DNA from: Selaginella moellendorffii
Lineage: Eukaryota; Plantae; Lycopodiophyta
Assembly (NCBI RefSeq): GCF_000143415.4
Contig: NW_003314311.1
Location: 1,372,769-1,436,768, forward strand
Length of the DNA: 64,000 bases
Direction of reading: 5' to 3'
The notes under the pieces are model-generated. The model worked only from the letters and a program-made list of their open reading frames with translations. It was not told the DNA's origin and searched no databases. Both the position numbers and the translations under genes were made by a program. Shown piece after piece: positions 36,101-46,649 of this stretch. How positions within the stretch are numbered: the stretch's first letter is position 1; every line of letters begins with the position of its first letter.

Positions 36101-38846
36101 ATATGCTTCATTGAAGTCACCTCTTCAATGGAGTTTGTCACCGCAACACACGGGACACCCTTGAGTAGTGCGGCTCGAAAGAATAGTCCGCCGCAGTTGT
36201 ACTCGACAACGCATTTGCCCTTGGAGTCGGAAGCAGGTGCTATTGCATTGAAGACCCAGCTGAGCATTTCCCATGCTGCACCTGGAGCTTTCTCTGGATT
36301 TGAAAGCTCCATAGCCGTCTTCAGTTCCTCAGGCACGGGTAAATTGACCTCCCTCAGATCAATTCGATCGGCCTTGTCGAACGAAGCTGGGAAGTCACTC
36401 CAGTCCCACTCTGCTGCAGGACCAATAACAAGGGCGAGTGTGAAGATGCGGACATTCGTCGGTATCTTCTTCTTAGCCATTATCCCATGGATCTCCCGCA
36501 TCTCCTTGCCTTTCAACCGACCCTTCACCTCGTTCAAGGCCTTCCAGAACTTGTGATAGGATTTGGAGTCATAGATCATATAGTGGACTGAAGATTCCAC
36601 CTCCGCAAGTCCCACCATTAAGTCAATGATGGAGCTGACTTCGTCTGCATGAGTGATCTCCTTGTTTGTGAAGTCCATCACACAAAAGATGTTCTTGACC
36701 TACTCATCTCCGCGGGAAACGATGCTCCTCCACCTTTGATCCTCATCCGAATTCACGTATACCCGGTAAGGTTCTCGATAGGCCTCTGCTGCGGGGTCGA
36801 GCTGTTTCTGAAGCCAGCGGTTGACATCCCTCTTAATGAAATTTGGATACTGATCCAACTTCTCAGCTTTACTTTTCGTGGCATCCCGCAGCAGATCGAT
36901 GAACTTGGGGGCCCCCTTCACGTACTCGTCGATGTCTTCATTTGACAACTCCAGCTCTTCCATCATCTCTTATGTGGTGTCGATGCTCACCCTCTCCACG
37001 GCCACTTGCTCGAAGATCCAATCCTTCAATAGCGCACGAGCTCTCAGAGTCGTGCACAAGTCCTCGTATGTCACAATATGGCCGGGAGTCATTTTGGTCT
37101 TGTTGAAGACTACCTCACCACGTAGAAGAGCATTAGCCACTGTCAGAAGGTCGTCGTCGTCTAGAGACCGCGAGAAACGCAAGGCGTTGAGCTTGAAATC
37201 ATTGGGCTTCCGGCCGTCCTCCACACCCATTGAGTTTAGCAACTCCCCGTCATGGTACCTCCTCAGCACATCTACCCATTTGTCAAAAACAACTTTTGTC
37301 GCGAGTAGAATGTTATGGATGCTGAGTGTGTCATTGACCCCCAGTGTTTTCGAGAGAAGACTCGAGAATTCCTGCAATGGAAATGGCGTGAGGCCACATG
37401 CTATGCCACATGCAACGAGGCTTACCTGCCAGGCACTAGTTGCTAGTGCACGTCCTTGTCCTGGTTTTTGTGGCTTCTTCAGTTGAACCCAGAGCTTCCG
37501 TGTTCGTGCCAATGTCTCGTGCAGACCCGATTTGTAGCACGTTTCTTGCTTGACATTCTGCGCGTGGGAGATATATATGATAGATCAGAGGTGCGAGTTG
37601 CCTTTTATCAGGCGGACAACTCTTGTCTTGAAGACTTTCTTCACCTCCTCGCCCACCATAATATCCACAACTATCTCTTGCATCGCCAAGCTAGAATGCT
37701 GCCCGGAGACGGCATAGAACCAGATGTTCTGATCGTCCAACACCTTCCTATTGATCAAGTCTGGAAACCTCGTCTCGCCCTTCATTGTTCGGTAGTAGGG
37801 GATCACGTCTGCGATGTCGGGTGTTACTGGACTTGCCAGCATCTTTTGCTTCAGTTTCTCCACCCACTCATCAGATACTAGCCTGTGGTTGTATTTGCTT
37901 TGGATGTCGATACGGCTCACGTCGATTGTATATACTTTGTTGGAATAGTAACAAGTACTATTATCTGCGACGATTTTTGCTGCCTCTTCTTGCTCTTTCT
38001 GCTCTTTGCGGCTCTTCTTTTTGGTGGGTGTAGTGTTCGAACCCGAGGCAATGGCATCACCGAGTAGCTTCTTTTTTGGAGCAGCAGAGTCGGACGTCGG
38101 CTTGAGCTTGACCACCCTTTTTTGCTTCGGGGTAGTTTCCAGATCGACCCCCTTCCCCTTCGCTTCGCGAACTGGAGGCACTCTCAACGGCTCAATGTTG
38201 GAATATAGTTTTTGAACATCGCCGTAGGTGAGGTCCGTGGATTCCATATGATCTTCATAGACCCGCAGCGTCTTTGAAATTGTGGGCCTCCTGGACAACC
38301 TCTCCCTAGCTCCCTCTAGGAATTCCTCATAGCCGCTGCCCCCCTCCGGGAAGCCGCTAGGATGTGCAAAGTGGATCTTGAAGGCGGACGCTGTCTCTAC
38401 CACAAGTGCCAGTCCATATTCTTGCATGGAACTGCATGGAGTGTCTGTCACTTGGATGAGGATCCCCATGCATTCTTTTCTCCCACCATCTGTGTTGTAC
38501 AGCCTCAGATCCTCGCCTTCCATCCCGAAAGTCCAACTGGTGAGCTCCTCCCCCTTCTCTGCATCCACATTGACAGTGGCTGGAAGAAGAACGCAATTCC
38601 TCGCCTGTTCAGAAATGCACAACAATTAGAGCTGACAGATGAAAAGCTAGCAGCTGGAAATAACGTGAGGCCAGACGCCATTCACCACTGCATCAAATGT
38701 CTTGAGGCTGCATCCTAAGATGGCGTGAGGCTACACGCCATCTGTAACCGGACTGCACTCGAGAGCCCAATCGGTGCATGCCAATGTTGCTACTGAATGG
38801 CATGTGGCCTCATGCCATTTTCTACTTGGCCTAAAAGACTTACCAT
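33180..38846 (-). pseudogene. Gene 2: ParB/Srx-like + degenerate N6/N4-MTase-like + acidic tract + NIF/FCP1-type HAD phosphatase-like fusion, multi-exon, premature stops
   Basis: ATG|GTAAG at 38846/38843, acceptor 38605. ORFs 37585-38625, 36970-37512, 36700-36966 and 36040-36681 share one frame, split only by single stops. Motifs: IDVSRIDIQSKYNHRLVSDEWVEKLKQKM..FYAVSGQHSSLA (ParB-like); IFCVMDF..PEKAP..VVEYNCGG..AALLKGVPCVAV (MTase-like); IIFYLNGVL..LGVWTSM..LLTQEDC..LIIDDSPIK (NIF). GT-AG junctions appear to join the exons. Confidence 0.68.
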
Positions 38847-39539
38847 TTGAAGCCGAATGGAGGCGTGACAATCGAGGCCGGACTCACTGGCGAATGTGCA
38901 CTGTGTGTGCAGCGGATCGTAGCAGCAAGGCTACTCTGCCACTTAACAGTTGGAGAGTGGCGCTGAAATCTCCCGGGACGCCAAGTGGGCTGCGTGTGGG
39001 TGGCGGAGTGGGTGGCGGAGTGGGCGGTGGAGTTGGCGGCAAAGTTACCAAACTAGGTGTGTCTTGAAGTGGACGCCAATGCACACGAGCGCGATGCGAG
39101 CGCGAGTGTGATGCAAGCGCGAGTGGACGCCGATGCACACGAGAAACCTGTAGAGAAGGTAGATGAGCGCGAATGTGAGTGTGAACGCGAGTGGGAGCGC
39201 GATGCGAGCGCGAGCGCGAGTACGAAGCAAAATGCAAAACCTAACCTCACACGCGTGAAATGTCACAACGGTTGGTAATCTCGCCACGTCATCATTCCTC
39301 AGACTTGGGCGCCACCATTAATTTCTGGATTGCCGCGCGCATGCAAACACGCAAAATCCAAAAGAAATCCGCAACGTCATCATTCCTCGGACTGTATGCA
39401 CGCGAAATCCAAAAGAAAGATCATGATTGGGATATATTAAATAATACCCTCGCTATATTTATACCATGCATGATTGGATATTCCAAAGCATCTTGTATTT
39501 CCAAAAATGGCAGATGTTCAGCTAAATAAAGAAATTCTA

Positions 39540-40890
39540 TCTGTTTCTATTTTTCTCTCAAATCAATATTATAGTGTGTGGGCTCATGCAATTTTGAACC
39601 AAAGAAACCCAAAAAACGTTGGACCCAAAATATTTTGAAAAAACCCAAAAAACCCTAAACATTTTAAACCCAAAAATCCAGGCGTCCTGTGTCGTTATTC
39701 CTTGAATGGCGTGTGGGCGCATGCCATTTTCAGGGCCAAATGCTGAATGGAGAAAAATTCCCTTTCAGTGCAAATGCTGCAAGAGGCAAATGCCGAGCAC
39801 AAAGGACTGTAACTACCTCACATGACACAGATAAACTTTTCTCTATTTGGCAAAGATAAACTTTATAGCGTGTGGGCTCATGCAATTTTGAACCCAAAAA
39901 ATGCACCAAAAAATTCTCGGCGTCATCTGGCGTTATCTCTTGAATGGCGTGGGGCCGCATGCCATTTTCAGGGTCACATAGGAGTATATTCCTAGGATAT
40001 TCTGACACGCGCGAGATTTTTTTGAGTTTTCTGGAGATCCAACCGTTAGATCACAACTAGATTTTACAGAATGGTATACAATGTCTTTCTTGATGACCCT
40101 GCAAAGAAGCATCTTGATCGGACACCACATGAGACCACACGAGCCTTACAATGTTTCAGGGGCATTTGCCATAGATCCGACCGTTATTTTGCTCCAAGAT
40201 TTTACAGTTTGGTGTGCATTGACCTTTCCATCGACACTGCAAAGGGACATCACAATCAGATGTGGGATCACAAGAAACTAACTTCACTAACTCTGGTTTC
40301 ACCAAGATTTACATAAAGAGTTATGAAATGAAAGGACCCTCTCTATTGAAATGTGTTTATGGTCCTAGGGGCATTGTGACATATCAAAGGATTTTGCATC
40401 AAGTTCTGTATTTGCATGTTTATCAAGCTACTAAATTGTTAAACCCTAAACCCTAAACATGTGGCAAATGCTGCGTGAAGAAAGATGCCCTTTCTGGGCA
40501 AATGCTGTAAGAGGCAGATGCCGAGCAGATGTATCTCAGGCTAGCGAAGGGGACAAACGAAAGCTAGCTATAAACATGACGGGATGCAAATAGATTACTA
40601 GGCTGGTCCTGCGAAAATCAAAAACCATAATTGAAAACATTGAAAATGCAAAAAGAAAGGTTTATAATATTTTTGAATTTTAAGCAACCAAAGGAATGTA
40701 AGTAGGGCATGTGTTTGTAAGTTTAAAAATGCCTCAACCACTTAAATTCCCAAGTAAATAAAGCTGTTTCTATTTTTGGTACAGGTAAACTTTATAGCGT
40801 GTGGGCTCATGCAATTTTGAACCCAAAAATGCACCAAAAAATGCTCGACTAGCATTATTCTTTGAATGGCGTGTGGCCTTATATTGCCAT
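39540..40890. repeat. Three copies of a ~130-190-bp unit, each with two palindrome variants, in the divergent promoter region of element B
   Basis: TATAGYGTGTGGGCTCATGCAATTTTGAACC at ~39570, ~39863 and ~40793, each followed by TTGAATGGCGTG. Confidence 0.85.
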
Positions 40891-41578
40891 AAATGGACGT
40901 ACACACATAGCATAATTATTCCTTTACACGGCGAATAATCTTGGCGCGGATCGCTGACATGGCATGGCAAAGTTCGAATCACTGACATGGCACAGCTTGA
41001 TCGAGGCAAGGACATGATGTGACAAAGTTCAACCTCCGACAGCAAAGTCTAGAAGCTACTCAGTTTGAAATTTGTCAGAGGAGTCATAAGATCTGGTTTG
41101 TCAGAGGATTTGATGTGACGTTCAAGCGTGTGTTATTTTTGAATTCTCGAACTCATTCCTAGGTCTATCATTTTTGTGCGCCGTGTTCTTGGTTCCGCTG
41201 AGCGCAGTGAGCGCTGCTTGTGTAAGCGGCGTTGTGAGCTGTGGTTTATGCGTCTACGAGCGATTGCGGCATTGCGAGCGCCATTGCGAGCGGCAGTTTA
41301 TGCGAGTGGCAGTTTGTGCGAGCGGCGCTACGAGCAGTTGCGGTGTTGCGAGCGGCGCTACGAGTAGTTGCGGTGTTGCGAGCGGCACTGTCTTTGGTGT
41401 GGCTACCGCTTCCTCTTGATATTCGGCACTTGTGCTTCCTGGTATGTTCACCATGGAATGGCTTAGGACCACATTTAGAAATGGCATGAAGCCACATGCC
41501 ATCTTGGGCCCTTGCAATTTCATGGCTAGCGTATTGTCATGTATGTTTTTACTTGCCTGCAGCTGTGTGTATATCAAG

Positions 41579-41797
41579 ATGGCATGAGGCCTCATGCCAT
41601 CTTTGGCCCCTGCTAGCCTATTGCCATATTCCTTTTGAACTATATATATTTTTGTATGGGTGACTAGTCACGCACACAAAAATATATACAATTGCAGCAA
41701 GGCAAAAGGAATATAGCAACAGGCTAGCAGGGGCCAAAGATAGCGTGAGGCCTCATGCCATTAGTGGTACCACTAATGGCATGAGGGCTCATGCCAA
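41579..41797. repeat. ~180-bp hairpin plus overlapping 58-bp palindrome in the putative 5'-UTR intron of the transposase
   Basis: ATGGCATGAGGCCTCATGCCATCTTTGGCCCCTGCTAGCCT...GTGACTAGTCAC...AGGCTAGCAGGGGCCAAAGATAGCGTGAGGCCTCATGCCAT, then CCATTAGTGGTACCACTAATGG. Confidence 0.9.
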
Positions 41798-41949
41798 TTT
41801 TGTGAATGCGAAATTTCACGTGGGTGTCAATAGCATGTTTGAATAATGGCATGTGGCCTCATGCTATTGAGGTTGTTTGGTATGTTATGATTTAGGCCAT
41901 TCTCCAATCATTTTTTGTATGGTCTTAACTTCTTTTCTGCACTTTCAGA

Positions 41950-44900
41950 ATGGCCTTCAGGGTTGGGGAAAAGGTTTACATTTTGAATGGTGGGAAGAGA
42001 GTTGCAAAAGGGACCCTTGTGTCTATGGATCGGAACTTTGTTATACACTGTCAAAGGCTTGGGGAAAGCAATGCTGCTGTATCAGTAGAGACTGTCTTCG
42101 ATGGGAATGTGGTCGCTATTGAACAAGGAGAGATGGTCGTCGGGGTAAATGTTGTTGTTGCCTTGAAAAATCTTCAGAAGAAAACAGATGTTGGGGACAG
42201 CGCAAGTGCGACGCATGTTCCCTCCGTGGATCTTAAGAACCGTGCTACATGGATTCAGGCGAAGGTGTTTCTAAACAACCCCGAGGGGGAGGTGGTAGCT
42301 GAGGGCTTAGCCACAGTTGTCGATCCAAGAGATGCGGTTGCTAATCAAGAATTGGGCTGGGATGATATTGGAGTTGTGATTTTAGAGGTTGTTTACACAG
42401 AAGAAAACAGTCTGACTATTAGAAGCATTGTGCGGTGGAAATTGAGGCACTTAGTGTTTGAGAATGTGAAGGATTCACAATCAAACACCACTACAACTGA
42501 TGACAGAACATCTCTTCATGGGAAAAGAAAGTACACCTTCCTAAAGCGCAGCCAAAGGGATCTAAGCAACGAACCGAAAAGGCAGAAAATGGCGATGGAG
42601 GTTCGAATGGTCTCGACAGTTGCTTGTTGCAAGAGGAGGTGCTGTCAACATGCTGATTGGGATGCTATTGAAGAGGAGAGAGCAAGATACAAGACATTGT
42701 CCTGGAAGGCAGCTCGCAATTTTGTGTATGAGGCATTACGGTCATCTGTTGATGCTTCAGAACATCAGGTGGGGGGCATGGTCTTCCAGAGGGGTTTGGT
42801 CTGCATGAAGGCATGGAGAATCATTTATGGAGTCCTTCGACCCACATTCTACAGAATCAAAACTAAGTTCGAGGAACAAAGGGTTCAACAGGCAGTCCAT
42901 GGGAACGACGGTACGCACAAAACCAGGGGTCATGTTGTATATGGAGAGGCAATCTTCAAGAGGTTTGTCGAGACATGTAGCGAGCAGCAACCACATAAAA
43001 CCCGCCTCTTGGAAGATGGAACACGAGACACCCAACGAGTTCTCCCTTCCATGTATACCAAGGGGGCCATATTGGAAGATGTGAATCGGGAACTCCAGAG
43101 TAATGGCTATAGGAAGCTGAGCCAATCTAGATTTAGTAGATTGTGGAGCAACAGGTTCAGGGATGTGAGTATAGGAAAGTACTCCAGCTTTTCAAAGTGT
43201 GACGAGTGCACTGCTATCAAAATGGCTTTGTCGAAGAATTCTTGCAGCGCTCAAGAGCGAGAGACGTTGGTTAGAAGGCGGCTCGACCACAACATCGAGC
43301 AGAGAAGCTGCAGGATTGCATATTATCATAACAAGATTCTCTCCATGGAGAGACCTGACTCTTACCTCTGCATCATCCACGACAAAATGGACCAGAAAAA
43401 GACGTGCTTACCTCAACTCAATCCTACCCCCAAGGCAATCTCTTCATCCATGCAGCTGCCTGTGTCTCTGTTTGGCATAATCGCTCATGGGCATGGTGCC
43501 CAGAACTATGGGAACTTCTTTGTACCTCTATGGGGTGGCGGGGGTGCAAACATGATGATTGCGTCCCTAGCAAAACACTTAAGGTCTCTGCAAAGTGCGC
43601 AGACTGAGCTAAACGGCCAACCCTTGCATAAAGCCCTTGTCGATCGAACCCCATACAGGGTTCAGCTGGAGGAGGAGCAAAGGCTTGCAGTATCGTGTGG
43701 GGCCCCATGCCATCCCAGTGAATATGTTGGCCGTCAGATTGTAGGGTTATCACGTGAGGCCTCATGCCATTCCGACGAGGCTGGTCGCCCGGTGAATGCA
43801 CAGCCTCATCCAAACGAAGCAGAATCTCAAGGAAGTTCTTGCGGCCGATGTGGCCTTCCACCCCATCTTCTGCTCCAAACAGACAATGCTGGCAGTAAGA
43901 ACAAAAACATGTACGTCTTCGCGTGCTTGGCGATGCTTGTTGCCAAAGGCATATTTGAAATGGTTACACTTGGCTTTCTCATGGTTGGGCACACTCATGA
44001 AGACGTCGATGCCATGTTCAGTCACTTGGCAGAGTCCCTCCGGCGATCCAATGTCCTCACCCTCCCACAACTCTACGATGAATTCCAAAATTGTATCAAA
44101 GGCACTGTTGAAGCTGCACTTCTGACAGAGGTTCCAGACTTTAAGGGGTTTGTAAGAGGCTACATCAGGGACGGATCCGAAACGCTGATTGGCCACTCCA
44201 AGCCTCTTCAGTTTCATTTCAGCATGTGTGACAGTGCTCCAGTGATGAGGTACAAGATGAGAGAATGGGACACAGTGTGGTTGCCAGTGGACGGCATTGA
44301 ACTCTTCAAGAGAGATCCCATAACTGGGGAACCTATGATTCCTCGGGGTTCCCCACGGCCGATGCACCCGGATGGACTCAAAGACCAGGAAAGTATAGTG
44401 GCCGGGATTAGACAGCATATTGCCTTCTGGAAGAGGGGGTTGGTGTTTGGTGGAGAATCTTATTTTCAGAGGTGCAAGCCTTTGCTTGAATACTGGGAGA
44501 AGATTATATCTGCTATCCAAAATGGGCCGGTTGTATATGAAGAATTGGAAGAGTCCTTTTGGCCAGAACCCAGAGCACCAGATAGTAGCGGAACAATGTC
44601 CTCTGGAAATGCAGTGACAGATAACGATGTTGAGGATCACTATTGTGGGCCGAGGAACAAGAAGCCGGATTCAGCATTCAATCCAATACAGGTCTGCAAA
44701 GGAATGGTCATGCTTGTCAGACCCAGTAATAAAAAACAAATGATATGGGTGGGGCGCTGCATCACTGATGCAGAGGAGGACGCGGAAACTAACTCCTTCA
44801 ATGTAACTGTGGAGTGGTTCAAGCCAAGTTCCGGATATACGAAGGATTGCCTAGAAAAGAGATGGGTGCTGAATCCAAGGGATCCCAGTATGAGCATATC

Positions 44901-45091
44901 GGTGGATAATGTTGTGCATGGTTGGATGCGGAAGCAGAGTGCCACCATCACCTTGCCAGACCATGCAAGAGATGCAGCAAGAGCATTCATAACCCAGGTT
45001 CAAGGTGAGATTCATTAATATTCCTTTACTAAGTTTCTAATGTATTTTATTTCAAGGTGAACAATCCGAATCTGAATCAGAGGAGGCGTGA
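41950..45091 (+). CDS. Sola-like DDD/E transposase, ~1030 aa, uninterrupted ORF
   Basis: ORF 41950-45018: CCKRRC, VCMKAW, FSRLW..F, SKCDEC, IIHDKMDQ..LP, LLLQTDNAGSKNKN, FLMVGHTHEDVDAMFS. Two N-terminal VAKG/VAEG repeats. Likely last mini-exon 45057-45091 (GEQSESESEEA*). Confidence 0.8.
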
Positions 45092-46649
45092 TGGCATGTG
45101 GCCTTACGCCATTCTTAGGTGAGATGATACAAATAACAAGTATAAATTCTTAGTTGTTCTAGCAAATCTTACTTAAAGTTTAAGGTGAACAAGCCGAATA
45201 TGAATTCATCCGATTGTTATAACAAATTGCGAGGTGATGGCATGAGGTGATACGCCATTTGAGAGTGGTAGCCATTCCTATATGAGGTGAGTGAAATATT
45301 TATTAGAAATACCTCATTCAATTGTGCACTTCTAAGTCTTGGTCCACTCAGTACTGTTTGCATGTTTTTATTTTAATTCTTTCTCTAAAATGTTATTTAG
45401 CATATGGCTTCATGCCATTGCTCTCCACAATCATGCATTGAATTTTTCTATTCTTGCATAATACTTCTCCATATATATAGCATGTGCGCACATGTGATAT
45501 GGTTCATTAAGCCTGATATAGTGTGTGAGGTAAAACAAAGATGATGTGACATATGCATTTACCAATCACACGTGCATAAATCTAATAATATGGCGTGTGG
45601 CCCATATTAATGGCACATAAACCCATATTGTGGGCTTACGTGCTTTATGTACCATCATTCCCTTGCAGCGTGTGTGTTGGTTTCCTTTTATAACACAACG
45701 AACTCCATATTTTAGGGTGAAGAGTGTTCTCATGGCAAGCACAAAATCTGTAAGTGAGGCAGAAAAGGAGACGGAGAAGGAGATAGGTGAAGATGTAGAA
45801 TATATAAGTCTTCCAAACTCCCCATACTATACTCCAAGTGATCATTTTTCTGAACAAATGGCAACATTAACAACTATCGAGAACGCCCCAGTAATGTCAG
45901 AGACAACAATCCAAAGCAAACCAACTGACCCGGAGAAGGATAATAGTACCGCTGAGAGTACCAAAAAGGAGGTGTCCACTAGCGCTTAGGCTTATAATGG
46001 CGTGTGCCCTCATGCCATTTACTTGATCACCAAATACCTTTTTCCCTTTGCACTAGTATATCTTAATACCGGTCTAAGAAATAGAATGGCATGTGCCCTC
46101 AGGCCTTTTACTAAATCACCTTTGAAAGAAATGCAAGCCTCTATGTCGTAAAAAAAAGGTACTAGAGAAATTCCTTAATAATATGAATGTTATTTAGTTT
46201 CATGAAAATACACTAAGGGTCAAATGAGTTAAATGACTTCTCCAGACTAGCAATGCCTCTTGCTACACCTTCACAATTAGATTCGTTAGAAAAAGATAAC
46301 ATTGAATAATATCTAAATGTTCTCACCATTAAATTATATGTCTAGCTAATAGGAATGACGTTCATCTTGGAAAGCTCACCACACGCTCAATGAACAAACA
46401 AATAGTGTGTGCGCGCATGCCATCGCTCTTCTTTAGCTTCAGATTCGGCTTGTTCACCTTGACAATGAGATTTATTATACAACCAGATGGACACAGTCTG
46501 GACATAAAGTCACCGCGCTAGTCACCATGCCCCAGATATGTCTAGCCCCTGGACAAAAAACATATAATTTCACGTCATTTTCAAATACTTGAAAATTTGT
46601 ACCTAGTCCCATTTTACTGAATAAATCCCACTTTAACGAAATAGAGCTT

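Larger units (their letters stand above)
32940..46422. repeat. Dispersed 22-bp palindrome family, consensus ATGGCRTGWGGCCWCAYGCCAT, ~25 copies
   Basis: Copies at 33229, 34306, 34381, 35767, 35908, 37383, 38720, 38797, 39706, 39944, 40866, 41481, 41579 (perfect), 41740, 41776, 41846, ~43690, ~43750, 45091, 45237, 45590, 45997, 46086, ~46402, plus variants. Confidence 0.93.
32843..46649. mobile_element. Element B: 13.8-kb Sola-like DNA transposon with 24-bp TIRs
   Basis: Left AAGCTTTATTTCGTTAAAGTGGGA (32843-32866) is the reverse complement of right TCCCACTTTAACGAAATAGAGCTT (46626-46649) with 1 mismatch. Encloses the transposase, the cargo gene and all copies of the 22-bp palindrome. Confidence 0.85.

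Noticed and set aside
33180-38846. Stop-codon readthrough or U-to-C editing restoring the genes
   Set aside because: All three stop types plus G>A changes occur. Methylation-driven decay is simpler for a nuclear TE.
32940-46422. Palindromic repeats as a CRISPR array
   Set aside because: Spacing is irregular (tens of bp to kb), copies are degenerate, there are no cas genes, and the context is eukaryotic.
23988-46649. Bacterial or phage contamination, or an integrated virus, explaining the ParB/MTase genes
   Set aside because: The genes have canonical short spliceosomal introns and lie with eukaryotic transposases. No capsid, polymerase or operon features were seen.
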